A stretch of DNA of 64,000 nucleotides from Gemmatimonadota bacterium (GTDB taxonomy: Bacteria > Gemmatimonadota > Gemmatimonadetes > JACCXV01 > JAHWKZ01): positions 2,821 through 66,820 of the forward strand of contig JBOHRQ010000003.1 in the NCBI GenBank assembly GCA_050732875.1, read 5' to 3'. Each line of letters starts with the position of its first letter. Position 1 is the first letter of the stretch. A program made the translations under genes and the position numbers. The notes beneath the pieces are model-generated. The model made no database searches and was not told where the DNA came from. It was given only the letters and a program-made list of their open reading frames with translations. This document shows, one piece after another, positions 18,986 to 28,728 of the stretch.

Positions 18986-19152
18986 CTAGTGTGCTGAGTC
19001 AGAAGTCCGGTGAAGCACCGAGAGCCCCGCTGCGCCCCGCGGGCGAGGCGCGACGAGGAGGAATGGCAGCGCCATTCCGCACGAGTCGCAACGAAGCCCC
19101 CGGGGATGCAGCGGGGCTCGAATGCCAACGGACTTCTGACTCAGCACACTAG
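18986..19152. mobile_element. MITE copy A. This 167-bp palindromic element is Correia/IS630-like, with ~19-bp terminal inverted repeats and TA flanks at a CTAG site.
   Basis: It is near-identical to 55780-55945. The TIRs are gtgtgctgagtcagaagtc ... gacttctgactcagcacac, and nested inner inverted repeats occur (gagccccgctgc/gcagcggggctc and ggaatggc/gccattcc). Confidence 0.8.
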
Positions 19153-21326
19153 GCGCCGACGACGCGTCCGGGCTCGCGCATGTGATGCGCCCCGAAGTAC
19201 TCCTTCCGCTCCACCTCCAGAATCCCGTCGATGGACTTCATCGACTCGATCACGCGGTTGAGGTGCTCCAGGTCGGTGACCTCGACCACGAACGTCCCCT
19301 CGATCCCGCTCTCGGTGGCGCTCAGGTCGGCGCTCTTGATGTCGGTCGAGGTGCGGGAGACGGCGCCCGCCACGTCGGCGAACAGGCCGCGGCGGTCGGT
19401 GCCGGTCACGACGAGCCGCACGATGAAAGTCTGGGCCCCGCCGGTATCCCACTCGACCTCGATCTTGCGGTCGGGCTCGTCGGTCATGTTCAGGATGTTC
19501 GGGCAGTCGGTCCGATGGATGGAGACGCCGCGCCCGCGGGTCACGTAGCCCATGATCTCGTCGCCTGGAATCGGCTGGCAGCATTGGCTGAAGCGCACCA
19601 TCATGTTGTCGAAGCCCTGGATCCGGACGCCTCCGGGCCGCCCTTTGATCTTCTCGACCAGCCGTTCGAACGCCGACGCCGGCTTCCGCTCGGCCGTCCT
19701 CTCCTCGGGAAAAAGGACGTTCCACACCTGAGAGATCGTCAGCTCCCCATGGCCCAGCGCCGCGTACAGGTCCTCGGCTTCGCCTACGCTGAAGTGCCTG
19801 GCGGTCTCCTCGAGCCGGTCGTCGTCGGGCTTCCGGACGCGGTTCCGACGGTATTCCTTCTCGAGCATGTCCTTGCCCAGCGTCACCGAACCGGCGTGCT
19901 CCTCCTCGCGGAGGGTCCGCCGGATGATCGACCGCGCCTTCGAGGTCTTGACGAAATGGAGCCAGTCCCGCGATGGACGCTGGGAAGCGCTGGTGAGGAC
20001 CTCGACCGTGTCACCCGAGCGCAGCTGGCGATGGAGGGGCACCATGCGGCCGTTCACCATCGCCCCCGAGCACCGCATCCCGACCTCGGTGTGCACCTGG
20101 AAGGCAAAGTCGATGGGCGTCGAGCCGGCCGGGAGCTGGACGACGTCCCCGCGCGGGGTGAAGACGAAGATCTCGTCCTTGTAGAGGTCGATCTGGAGGT
20201 ACTCCATGAACTCCTCCGGATCCGTCATGTCCTGCTGCCACTCCAGGATCTGGCGGAACCATGCGAGCTGCTCGTCGATCTCCGTGCCTTCGGTCCCCTC
20301 CTTGTACTTCCAGTGGGCCGCGATGCCGACCTCGGCCGTGCGATGCATCTCCCCGGTGCGGATCTGGATCTCGTAGAGCGTCCCCGCGGGGCCGAACACG
20401 GTCGTGTGAAGGGACTGGTACATGTTCGACTTCGGAGTCGCGATGTAATCCTTGAAGCGCTCGTGGACGGGCGTCCAGAGCGTGTGGATGATCCCCAGCC
20501 CGTGATAGCAGTCACGAACGGTCTCGGTCAGGACACGGATGGCCAGAAGATCGTAGATCTCGCCGTAGGGCTTCCCCCGGCCGACCATCTTCTTGTGGAT
20601 CGACCACAGATGCTTGGGACGGCCGGCGATCTCGGACTTGATGCCGGCCTCCATCAGCGCCCCTTCGAGCGGTGCCGCGATCGCTGCGATCATCCGCTCG
20701 CGCTCGCGCCGCTTCGACTTGACCTGCTTCGCAAGCGCCCGGTACGCCTCGGGCTCGAGGAACTTGAACGACAGATCCTCGAGCTCCCACCGGATCGTGG
20801 CCATACCGAACCGATGCGCCAGCGGGGCATAGATGTCGCGGGTCTCCCGGGCGATCCGGCGACGCTTGGTGTCGGGCAGATACTCCAACGTCCGCATATT
20901 GTGCAGCCGATCCGCCAGCTTGATCATGATGATGCGGATGTCCTGGGCCATCGAGAGCAGCAGCTTGCGGTAGTTTTCGACCTGGCGCTCCTCGCGCGAT
21001 TGGAACCGCAGATGACCGATCTTGGTGAGGCCGTCCACGAGCCGCGCCACTTCGGGGCCGAAGTCCTCCTCGACCAGCTCGAGCGAGGTCTCCGTGTCCT
21101 CCACGACGTCGTGCAGAAGGGCCGCCGCGATCGTATTGGTATCCACGAGGTTCAGCTCCAGCAGAATCCCCGCGATCTCGGCGGCGTGGGAGACGAACGG
21201 CTCGCCGGAGAGGCGCTTCTGCCCCGCGTGCGCGCGCTCGCTGAAGGCATACGCCCGCTCGATCCGCTCAAGATCGACACGGTCGGCGTAGGGCGTCAGC
21301 GCCTCGAGGAGTGCCTTTCTATCCAT
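19149..21326 (-). CDS. Bifunctional (p)ppGpp synthetase/hydrolase RelA/SpoT
   Basis: The HD hydrolase, RelA/SpoT synthetase, TGS and ACT domains are all present. Its TAG stop (19149-19151) lies inside the CTAG at the edge of the MITE. Confidence 0.9.
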   Translation of the reverse strand: MDRKALLEALTPYADRVDLERIERAYAFSERAHAGQKRLSGEPFVSHAAEIAGILLELNLVDTNTIAAALLHDVVEDTETSLELVEEDFGPEVARLVDGLTKIGHLRFQSREERQVENYRKLLLSMAQDIRIIMIKLADRLHNMRTLEYLPDTKRRRIARETRDIYAPLAHRFGMATIRWELEDLSFKFLEPEAYRALAKQVKSKRRERERMIAAIAAPLEGALMEAGIKSEIAGRPKHLWSIHKKMVGRGKPYGEIYDLLAIRVLTETVRDCYHGLGIIHTLWTPVHERFKDYIATPKSNMYQSLHTTVFGPAGTLYEIQIRTGEMHRTAEVGIAAHWKYKEGTEGTEIDEQLAWFRQILEWQQDMTDPEEFMEYLQIDLYKDEIFVFTPRGDVVQLPAGSTPIDFAFQVHTEVGMRCSGAMVNGRMVPLHRQLRSGDTVEVLTSASQRPSRDWLHFVKTSKARSIIRRTLREEEHAGSVTLGKDMLEKEYRRNRVRKPDDDRLEETARHFSVGEAEDLYAALGHGELTISQVWNVLFPEERTAERKPASAFERLVEKIKGRPGGVRIQGFDNMMVRFSQCCQPIPGDEIMGYVTRGRGVSIHRTDCPNILNMTDEPDRKIEVEWDTGGAQTFIVRLVVTGTDRRGLFADVAGAVSRTSTDIKSADLSATESGIEGTFVVEVTDLEHLNRVIESMKSIDGILEVERKEYFGAHHMREPGRVVGA

Positions 21327-21481
21327 GATTTCGAACTTACGGGCCGGACCACCGAATTACCACGAACCCCAGCCTGTCCGGAAACCGCCAGGCGACGCTC
21401 GTAGGTCGGCCCCGGCGGACGGGATCCCGGAACTCGAGGGCACCCGGGATCCCCGCCCGATCGATCGGCCGGGCCGAACGG

Positions 21482-21835
21482 CTACTTCACCGCGAACTCG
21501 ACCACCTTCTGCCGGGCGTTCCACCTGGCCTCGAAACCACGGGACTTCTGGTGGGAGACGCCATAATGATCCAGGAACTGCCCGCTGCTCACGTAGTAGC
21601 GCTGTCCACCCTGGGGGGATTCCCGCAGCTTGTAGGTCGTACGGTCGGCTTTCCTCCGCGGCCGTAGCCCGACCTTCCTGGCCTTCGGATCGTAGAGCAA
21701 CTCCACGTTCCTGGCTCCCCCGAACCATTGATCGTAGACGCCCGGGCTGATCGAAAGATCCCCGCTCTTGAGGATGCGAATCGTCGATTTGCTCGAAGCT
21801 CGTCCCCGCTGAGGGACATAGGTCTCGAAAGCCAT
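21482..21835 (-). CDS. Hypothetical protein of 117 aa, with GC content visibly lower than its neighbours.
   Basis: The ORF has an AGGAG Shine-Dalgarno sequence 6 nt upstream of ATG. I recognise no family. It is followed upstream by an unusually AT-rich 120-bp spacer. Confidence 0.5.
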   Translation of the reverse strand: MAFETYVPQRGRASSKSTIRILKSGDLSISPGVYDQWFGGARNVELLYDPKARKVGLRPRRKADRTTYKLRESPQGGQRYYVSSGQFLDHYGVSHQKSRGFEARWNARQKVVEFAVK

Positions 21836-21951
21836 TATCGTCTCCTGAGACAAAGCATTCACAGTCGGGTGTGAGGCTGACCCGACTTTCGAAGTTTGAT
21901 CGATCCTGATGTTCCGACCCAATTTAATGCCTACCCTGTTGCGTGCCAGGA

Positions 21952-22641
21952 TTACAACAGTCCGCCATCTCGAAACGAGTAATAGGAATCGGCACCGATG
22001 ATGACATGGTCGTGGAGGGGTATGTCGAGCAGATGCCCCGCCTCCGAAAGGGCCCGCGTAACCTCGTGGTCTTCGCGGCTCGGGCTGGGGTCCCCCGACG
22101 GGTGGTTGTGGGCGATGACGATGGCCGCCGCCGAGCACGACAGGGCCGGTTTGTAGACCTCCCGCGGATGAACGATGCTGGCATTGAGCGAGCCCATCGA
22201 AACAACGACTTCGCGGACGAGCTCGTTTCGCGTATTGAGACACAGCGCGAGGAATCGCTCCCGATCGCGGTCCCGCAGCTCGAGCGAGAGGTGCCGCCAC
22301 ACGGCGCGCGGCGAGGAGAGGACCGCGCGGCGCTCGCGGCGTTCCCGCTGGAGGCGTCCGCCGAGCTCGCAGGCGGCCGCGAGCCGGGCCGCGTTGGCCG
22401 CCCCTATCCCCGGCACCGACCGGATCTCGGCGAGCGAACTCGAAGCCAGGTCGCGGAGCGAGGGATGGGCAGCGACGAGCCGGCGGGCCAGCAGATCGGC
22501 CGATGCCCCGGGTCCGCCGGACCCGATGAGAATCGTCAGCAGCTCGACGGTCGAGAGCGCCGCCGTGCCGAGCCTCTCCAGTCTCTCCCGCGGCCGCTCG
22601 CAGGCCGGACAGTCCTTGATCGAAAGGGGGACCCGCTCCAC
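21952..22641 (-). CDS. radC: RadC-like JAB/MPN domain protein (UPF0758)
   Basis: The C-terminal JAMM motif is present (HNHPSGDPSPSREDHEVT) after an N-terminal HhH region. The start is uncertain. Confidence 0.8.
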   Translation of the reverse strand: MERVPLSIKDCPACERPRERLERLGTAALSTVELLTILIGSGGPGASADLLARRLVAAHPSLRDLASSSLAEIRSVPGIGAANAARLAAACELGGRLQRERRERRAVLSSPRAVWRHLSLELRDRDRERFLALCLNTRNELVREVVVSMGSLNASIVHPREVYKPALSCSAAAIVIAHNHPSGDPSPSREDHEVTRALSEAGHLLDIPLHDHVIIGADSYYSFRDGGLL

Positions 22642-22713
22642 GCGCGCCGAAAAGGCAAGCCTCGGGCCGCCGCTTTCAGGGCAAACCACCGAGCATGTGC
22701 AAGGCGATCGGCA

Positions 22714-22845
22714 GGGCCTCCGGGGGCCGGTTCCCGGAGCGCTCAAAAATCAGCTCATTGGCAGAAATGCCGTCCGGCCTGCTGCACCAGGACGACCGCT
22801 CTCGCAGAGACGCCACGCGCTCCGGGAACCGGCCCCCGGAGGCCC
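22714..22845. repeat. Perfect 29-bp inverted repeat with a 74-nt spacer, lying between rho and radC.
   Basis: Arm 1 (22714-22742) is gggcctccgggggccggttcccggagcgc, and arm 2 (22817-22845) is its exact reverse complement. Confidence 0.8.
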
Positions 22846-22852
22846 GAACGAC

Positions 22853-23995
22853 CTACTTCGACATGCTGGCCAGCAGATCCTCGTTCGACTTCGACCGATT
22901 GATCTTCTCGATCAGGAATTCGGCGGCATCGGTCGTCCGCATCTCGGAGAGGAAGCGGCGCAACAGCTGCAGCCGCTCGAGGTGCTCTTCGGGATACAGC
23001 AGCTCCTCGCGGCGCGTCCCGCTGGCCGTCACGTCGATGGCGGGCCAGATCCGCTGTTCGGCGAGCTCGCGGCTGAGCACGATCTCGGCGTTGCCCGTTC
23101 CCTTGAACTCCTCGAAGATCACCTCGTCGGCACGGCTGCCGGTGTCCACGAGCGCCGTGGCGACGATGGTCAGGCTGCCCTCGCCGTCGCCCACGACCTT
23201 TCGGGCGGAGCCGAAGAAGCGCTTGGGAGCCTCAAGAGCGCCCGCCTCGATCCCGCCCGACATCGTCCGTCCGCTGGACCGCTCGATGGCGTTGTAGGCG
23301 CGCGCCAAGCGTGTTATCGAGTCCAGGACCAGCACCACGTCCTTGCCCGACTCCACCAGCCGGCGCGATCGCTCGAGGGCCATCTCCGCCACCTGTACGT
23401 GCCGCTCCGGCGGGAAGTCGAAGGAAGAGGCGATCGTCTCGCCGCGCCCGAGGCTCTCCACCATCCGCTCCATCTCGGTGACTTCCTCGGGGCGCTCGTC
23501 GACCAGCAGCACGATGAGCTCCGCGTCCGGATAATTCATGGCGACGCCCCTCATCACCGCCTGCAGGAGCATCGTTTTGCCGGCTTTGGCGGGAGCCACG
23601 ATCAGCGCACGCTGCCCCTTCCCCAACGGGACCACGAGATCGATGATGCGGTTGGTGACCTGGGCTCCATCCCGAAGCGCGGGCGAGAGGTCCGCCCCCA
23701 GCTCGAGGCGGAGGCGCTCGTCGGGGTGGGTGGCCCTGAGCTTGTCGAATTGCGGCCGATGGCGCGCCTCCTCCGGAGCGCCGCCGTTCACGGATGTGAC
23801 GGTCTTCAGCGGCGGGAGCTTGCCCTTTCCGGGCGGCTCGCCCACCTCACCGTCCACCGCGTCGCCCTTTCTCAGCCCATAGGACTCGATGAGTCGCGCG
23901 GGGACGTACACATCGTCCTCGCCGGGCAGATAGGCGTTCCCGAAGCGGCGCAGAACTCCGGCGCCGCCCGAGATCCGGTCAAGAATACCGATCAT
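22853..23995 (-). CDS. rho: Transcription termination factor Rho. This is a short form that appears to lack the N-terminal helical subdomain.
   Basis: The CSD-like RNA-binding region begins at the start codon (MIGILDRISGGAGVLRRFGNAYL). The Walker A motif (PAKAGKT), Q-loop and R-loop are present. In-frame upstream sequence is low-complexity and does not resemble Rho. Confidence 0.9.
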   Translation of the reverse strand: MIGILDRISGGAGVLRRFGNAYLPGEDDVYVPARLIESYGLRKGDAVDGEVGEPPGKGKLPPLKTVTSVNGGAPEEARHRPQFDKLRATHPDERLRLELGADLSPALRDGAQVTNRIIDLVVPLGKGQRALIVAPAKAGKTMLLQAVMRGVAMNYPDAELIVLLVDERPEEVTEMERMVESLGRGETIASSFDFPPERHVQVAEMALERSRRLVESGKDVVLVLDSITRLARAYNAIERSSGRTMSGGIEAGALEAPKRFFGSARKVVGDGEGSLTIVATALVDTGSRADEVIFEEFKGTGNAEIVLSRELAEQRIWPAIDVTASGTRREELLYPEEHLERLQLLRRFLSEMRTTDAAEFLIEKINRSKSNEDLLASMSK

Positions 23996-24050
23996 GAGAT
24001 TTCCTCCGACTGGATATCGTTTCCGACCCGGGCGTGGCCAGGGGTCTGGC

Positions 24051-27000
24051 TCACGCGCCGTGGCACTTCTTGAACTTCTTGCCGCTTCCACATGGGCAGG
24101 GATCGTTCCGCCCGACCTTGTCGTGCTCCCGGACGAAAGTCTGGGCCGGCGCCATCCCGGATCCCTCCCCGGCCGGCTGCGGCTGCCGATCGCCAGCGGC
24201 GACCCCGGCCGTTGCGGCCGGCGCATGGAGCGCGACCTGCTGGCGCTGGATCCGCTCCCGACGACGCCGGTCTTCGGCCGACATGTGACCGGGCTCGACG
24301 ATCCGGATCCGATACAGGACCGAGGCCGCCGTGCCCCTCAGATCGTCCATCATCGAGACGAACATCTCGAAGGCTTCCTTCTTGTATTCGATCAGGGGGT
24401 CGCGCTGTCCCCACGCGCGATATTGGATGCCGGTCTTGAGCTGGTCGAGCTCGTACAGGTGGTCGCGCCACTTCTCGTCGATGACACTCAGGAGAACACG
24501 CCGGACCACCATCTCCGCCCGCTCGGGCTCCCATTCCTCGATACGCCGTTCGAACGCGCTCTCGAGCTCCGTCTGCAGGCGGGCGCCGATCTCGTCGGGT
24601 GATCCGGGCAGGCCCTCGTCCCGAACCGGGCCGTCGTCCGACTGGGCCTCGGCCATCCGCTGAAGCCAGTCGAACGGCATGAGGAAGGAGCGCATCATGT
24701 CCTCCCGCAGGCCGGCCAGGTCCCAGTCGTCCGGGTAGCTCTCCGCATCGATGTACTGCGCCACCTTGACCTCGGCGGCCTCGCGAATCAGCTCGCGGGC
24801 CTCCTCGAACACGTCCTCGCGGTCACCCTCGAGGGCCCGCGCGCGCATGTCGTAGATGACCTCGCGCTGCTTGTTCATCACGTCGTCGTACTCGAGCAGC
24901 CGCTTGCGGATCTCGAAGTTGTTGAGCTCGACCTTCTTCTGGGCGCGCTCGATCGAACGGGTGACGAGCGAATGGGTGATGACCTCACCCTCCTCGGCCC
25001 CGAGCTTGTCCATCACCGTGGCGATGCGCTCGGACCCAAAGAGGCGCATGAGGTCGTCCTCCAGGGACAGGAAGAACCGCGACGAGCCGGGGTCCCCCTG
25101 ACGCCCGCTGCGACCGCGTAGCTGGCGATCGATCCGCCGCGACTCGTGACGCTCGGTCCCGACGATGTGCAGACCCCAGGGCATGTCTTCGCTCATCAGC
25201 CGGTCCATATCGCTCGACGACCAGCCCTCGGGAAGCTCGTCCTCGTGCACCTCCGGCCACTCTCGCGGTACGAGTCCCGGTCCCAGCTTGATGTCCGTGC
25301 CGCGGCCGGCCATGTTGGTCGCGATCGTGATGGCGCCAGGCTGTCCCGCCCGGGCCACGATCTCGGCTTCACGCTGGTGATGCTTGGCGTTCAGCACGCT
25401 GTGGGGCAGGTTCCGCCGCTTGAGCAGCCGCGAGAGGGTCTCCGATACCTCCACCGATGTCGTGCCCACCAGCACCGGGCGCTTGCGAGCGTGGTCGCGC
25501 TCGACCTCCTCGATCACCGCGTTGTATTTCTCGCGCCGCGTCCGGTACACGACATCCTCGAAATCCTCGCGACGGACCGGCTCATTGGTGGGGATGACGA
25601 CCACGTCCATCCCATAGATCTCGAAGAACTCGTTCTCCTCCGTTTCGGCGGTGCCGGTCATCCCCGCCAGCTTGTCGTAGAGCCGGTAATAGTTCTGGAT
25701 GGTGATGGTGGCGAAGGTCTGGGTCTCGCCTTCGATCCTGACGCCTTCCTTGGCCTCGATGGCCTGATGCATGCCCTCCGAGTAGCGCCGGCCCGGCATG
25801 AGACGGCCGGTGAACTGATCGACGATCATGACCTTGCCGTCCTGCACGACGTACTCCACGTCCTTCTCGTAGAGCGCGTACGCCTTGAGGAGCTGGGCGA
25901 TGTTGTGGATCGTCTCGCTCCTCTCGGCATAGTCGCGCTCGAGCTTCGTCCGCCGCTCCGTCTTCTCGCTCTCGTCGAGGTCGGGGTCCTCGTCGATCTC
26001 ATGGAGGAGCTGCGAAAGATCCGGGACGATGAACAGCTCGGGATCGTTGGGGGCGATCTTTTCGCGACCCCGGTCGGTGAGATGGGCGTCGTGGCCCTTC
26101 TCGTCCATCGCGAAGAGGAGCGCCTCGTCCAGCTCGTGGACCCGTTTCTCCCTCATGAAGTCGGCCTCGACCTTCTGGACGAGCTTCTTGACCCCGGTCT
26201 CGTTCAGCAGCTTCATGAGGCGCTTGTTCTTGGGCATGCCTCGGCGCGCCTGGAAGAGCTTGATCGCTGCCTCGTAGTCGCCGTCCTGCTCGCCTTCCGC
26301 CTCCACGACCTGTTCGGCCTCGGCCACGAGCTGGTTGACGATTCGCGTCTGTTCGCGGACCAGTCGTTCCACGAGCGGCTTGAGCTCGCCGAATCTGCCC
26401 GAGGTGTCGTGCTGGGTGGGGCCGGAGATGATGAGCGGCGTGCGGGCCTCGTCGATCAGAACCGAGTCGACCTCGTCGATGATCGCGTAGTTATGCACCC
26501 GCTGGACGCGATTCTGCGGTTCCACCGCCATGTTGTCACGCAGGTAGTCGAAGCCGAACTCGTTGTTCGTCCCATAGGTGACATCGCAGGCATAGGCCTC
26601 GCGACGCCTTTCGGGCGGCATGTCGTTCTGGATCACACCCACGGTCAGGCCCAGCCAGCGCAGGATCTCTCCCACCCATTCGGAGTCGCGGCGGGCCAGG
26701 TAGTCGTTCACGGTGACGAGGTGGACGCCCCTACCCTCCAGGGCGTTCAGATACAGCGGCATGACGGCTACCAGCGTCTTGCCCTCGCCGGTGGCCATCT
26801 CGGCGATCTTCCCCTCGTGGAGGACGATCCCGCCGAAGAGCTGGACATCGAACGGCACCATGTCCCAGGTGAAGGCCTGGTCGGTGACCTGCCACTGGCG
26901 GCCCAGATTCCGGCGGCACGCTTCCTTGACCACGGCAAAGGCCTCCGGCAGGAGATCGTCCACCGTCTCGCCCTGCGCGAGACGGTCCCGAAACTCCGCC

Positions 27001-27143
27001 GTCCTGGCCTGGATCTCCTCGTCCGAGAGGGGCTCGCAGGCGCCGGCAATCTCGTTGATTTGCTCGACGACCGGCCACAGCCGCTTACGCTCGCGCCTGT
27101 GCTTGTCGCCCACGAACAGTTTCAGAATCGGTTCCAGAACCAC
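24051..27143 (-). CDS. secA: Preprotein translocase ATPase SecA
   Basis: It is full-length SecA (1030 aa) with DEAD motor motifs and the C-terminal zinc-binding [14 protein letters not shown]. Confidence 0.95.
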   Translation of the reverse strand: MVLEPILKLFVGDKHRRERKRLWPVVEQINEIAGACEPLSDEEIQARTAEFRDRLAQGETVDDLLPEAFAVVKEACRRNLGRQWQVTDQAFTWDMVPFDVQLFGGIVLHEGKIAEMATGEGKTLVAVMPLYLNALEGRGVHLVTVNDYLARRDSEWVGEILRWLGLTVGVIQNDMPPERRREAYACDVTYGTNNEFGFDYLRDNMAVEPQNRVQRVHNYAIIDEVDSVLIDEARTPLIISGPTQHDTSGRFGELKPLVERLVREQTRIVNQLVAEAEQVVEAEGEQDGDYEAAIKLFQARRGMPKNKRLMKLLNETGVKKLVQKVEADFMREKRVHELDEALLFAMDEKGHDAHLTDRGREKIAPNDPELFIVPDLSQLLHEIDEDPDLDESEKTERRTKLERDYAERSETIHNIAQLLKAYALYEKDVEYVVQDGKVMIVDQFTGRLMPGRRYSEGMHQAIEAKEGVRIEGETQTFATITIQNYYRLYDKLAGMTGTAETEENEFFEIYGMDVVVIPTNEPVRREDFEDVVYRTRREKYNAVIEEVERDHARKRPVLVGTTSVEVSETLSRLLKRRNLPHSVLNAKHHQREAEIVARAGQPGAITIATNMAGRGTDIKLGPGLVPREWPEVHEDELPEGWSSSDMDRLMSEDMPWGLHIVGTERHESRRIDRQLRGRSGRQGDPGSSRFFLSLEDDLMRLFGSERIATVMDKLGAEEGEVITHSLVTRSIERAQKKVELNNFEIRKRLLEYDDVMNKQREVIYDMRARALEGDREDVFEEARELIREAAEVKVAQYIDAESYPDDWDLAGLREDMMRSFLMPFDWLQRMAEAQSDDGPVRDEGLPGSPDEIGARLQTELESAFERRIEEWEPERAEMVVRRVLLSVIDEKWRDHLYELDQLKTGIQYRAWGQRDPLIEYKKEAFEMFVSMMDDLRGTAASVLYRIRIVEPGHMSAEDRRRRERIQRQQVALHAPAATAGVAAGDRQPQPAGEGSGMAPAQTFVREHDKVGRNDPCPCGSGKKFKKCHGA

Positions 27144-27316
27144 GCTCTTGCCTCGTTAGCCGATGCAGCGCTCTCCAAGGAGCACGTCCGGTCGCGAGCA
27201 GGCGACCCGCGGGGGCGGGATACGACCGGAGGTTACGGGCGGGTAGTGCCGGTAGAGGACCGTAATTTAGCGCCCTTCGCGTTTCGAATCAACGCCCTCC
27301 GCCGGTCGCTGACACG

Positions 27317-27943
27317 TCAGCTCGACACCCCGCCCGGGGGCACGGCGGCGGGCCTCTTTCCGTACAGCCCGCGCTCCGCGATGTACGCCTCCACGGCGGC
27401 CGGCACCCAGTGCCGGATGGTGCGGCCCTCGGCGACCCGCCGACGGATGGTCGTGGAAGAGATCTCGAGCGTCGGCACGGTGACCCACCGGAGCCGGCCG
27501 GCGAACGGCGTGTCCGGGCCCCCGTCCCCGGCTCCGTCGATCTCGCGCGTCACGACCACGATCTCCGCCATCCCGGGGAGCGCCTCCACCTCGTGCCATT
27601 CATGGAGCTCGGACAGATTGTCCTGCCCCAGGATCAGGTGCCAGGCGGTTCCGGGCTCACGGCTTCGGAGCTCCCTCAGGGTGTCCGTCGTATAGGAGAC
27701 GCCGCCCCGCTCGATCTCCAGCCGGTCCGCAGCGAGACCGCGGTCGCCGGCAACCGCCAGCTCGGTCATGGCCGCCCGGTCCCGGGGGCTCGCTTCGGCC
27801 TCTCCTTTGAAGGCATGACGGTGAGTGGGCACCAGGACGACCTGGTCCAGGGCCAGCTCTTCACGCACGATATGGGCCACAATCAGGTGAGCGATGTGCG
27901 GCGGGTTGAACGTCCCGCCCAGGAGCCCTTTCTGCCCGCTCAC
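27317..27943 (-). CDS. nadD: Nicotinate-nucleotide adenylyltransferase
   Basis: It has the N-terminal motif GLLGGTFNPPHIAH. The start overlaps the bamD stop. Confidence 0.8.
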   Translation of the reverse strand: MSGQKGLLGGTFNPPHIAHLIVAHIVREELALDQVVLVPTHRHAFKGEAEASPRDRAAMTELAVAGDRGLAADRLEIERGGVSYTTDTLRELRSREPGTAWHLILGQDNLSELHEWHEVEALPGMAEIVVVTREIDGAGDGGPDTPFAGRLRWVTVPTLEISSTTIRRRVAEGRTIRHWVPAAVEAYIAERGLYGKRPAAVPPGGVSS

Positions 27944-28728
27944 GGATCCGGCGCCGAGCCCGCCGCCCGCTCTGCCGGTCGCACCGGCAGGCATCGATCC
28001 GGCAACTCGCCCGCGGTCTCCCGCGCGGCTGGGCTGTCCGGGAAGTTCTCGCGCAGCCGGGAGACGACGTCCGCTGCACGCTCGTGGACACCCTGCCGGC
28101 AGAAGGTCTGGGCCAGAAGTGCGTAGGCGGCTGCCAGCCAGTCTGTCTCGGGGTATGCGGAGATGAGATCGGTCAGGTAGATCTCCGCCGCATCGTAATC
28201 CTCGTGGTCGAAGTAGAACTCCGCGTTCAGGTAGACCTTCTCGGCCAGCTTGTTGCGAAGCTCTCGCACGCGCTGGCGCGCCTCCTCCGCGAACTCGGTG
28301 CCGGGGTACTCCAGGACGAGCCGATCGTAGACGTTGATGGCCCGCTCGGTGTCCCGCTGATCCAGCTCGGGGCGCAGGCTCATCTCCTGGTACGCCCGCC
28401 CCGCCTGGTAGATAGCCTCCGCGGCTCGCTCGGCAGTCGGAAAATCCCGCTGGAAGTTCAGAAACTCCTGCGCCGCCGTCGCCCAGTCCTCCGAGCGGTA
28501 GTACGACTCCGCCGCCATCCAGCGTGCGTCGGCCACACGCGGATCCTGAGGGTAATTGAACACGAACCCCTGAAAGGCGGTCACCGCCCGCGTGTAATCC
28601 CCCTCCTCGAAGAGCTCCAGGGCTCGGGCGTACTGATCGTCGGCCGGGAGTATCGTCGTCTCGCTGGTCGACGCGCACCCCGACACGGTCAGCACCACCA
28701 GCAGGGCCAGGACCGGAGCGTGCCTCAC
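27940..28728 (-). CDS. bamD: Outer membrane protein assembly factor BamD (TPR lipoprotein)
   Basis: A lipoprotein signal peptide (LTVSGCAS) is followed by YfiO/BamD-like TPR repeats. Confidence 0.75.
   Translation of the reverse strand: MRHAPVLALLVVLTVSGCASTSETTILPADDQYARALELFEEGDYTRAVTAFQGFVFNYPQDPRVADARWMAAESYYRSEDWATAAQEFLNFQRDFPTAERAAEAIYQAGRAYQEMSLRPELDQRDTERAINVYDRLVLEYPGTEFAEEARQRVRELRNKLAEKVYLNAEFYFDHEDYDAAEIYLTDLISAYPETDWLAAAYALLAQTFCRQGVHERAADVVSRLRENFPDSPAARETAGELPDRCLPVRPAERAAGSAPDP

Noticed and set aside
21400-21440. A 10-bp palindrome gggatcccgg...ccgggatccc downstream of the hypothetical gene at 21482-21835.
   Set aside because: It could be a terminator, but it has no U-tract on either strand and is GC-poor in the loop. 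I left it uncalled.
23996-24226. A possible 77-codon N-terminal extension of rho.
   Set aside because: The translation is low-complexity ([25 protein letters not shown]...) and unlike the Rho N-terminal domain. I treat it as 5' UTR.
27944-28678. The upstream part of the nadD ORF-track ORF.
   Set aside because: It overlaps bamD, which is in a different frame and has a clear signal peptide and TPR similarity. The nadD similarity starts only at GLLGGTFNPPH.
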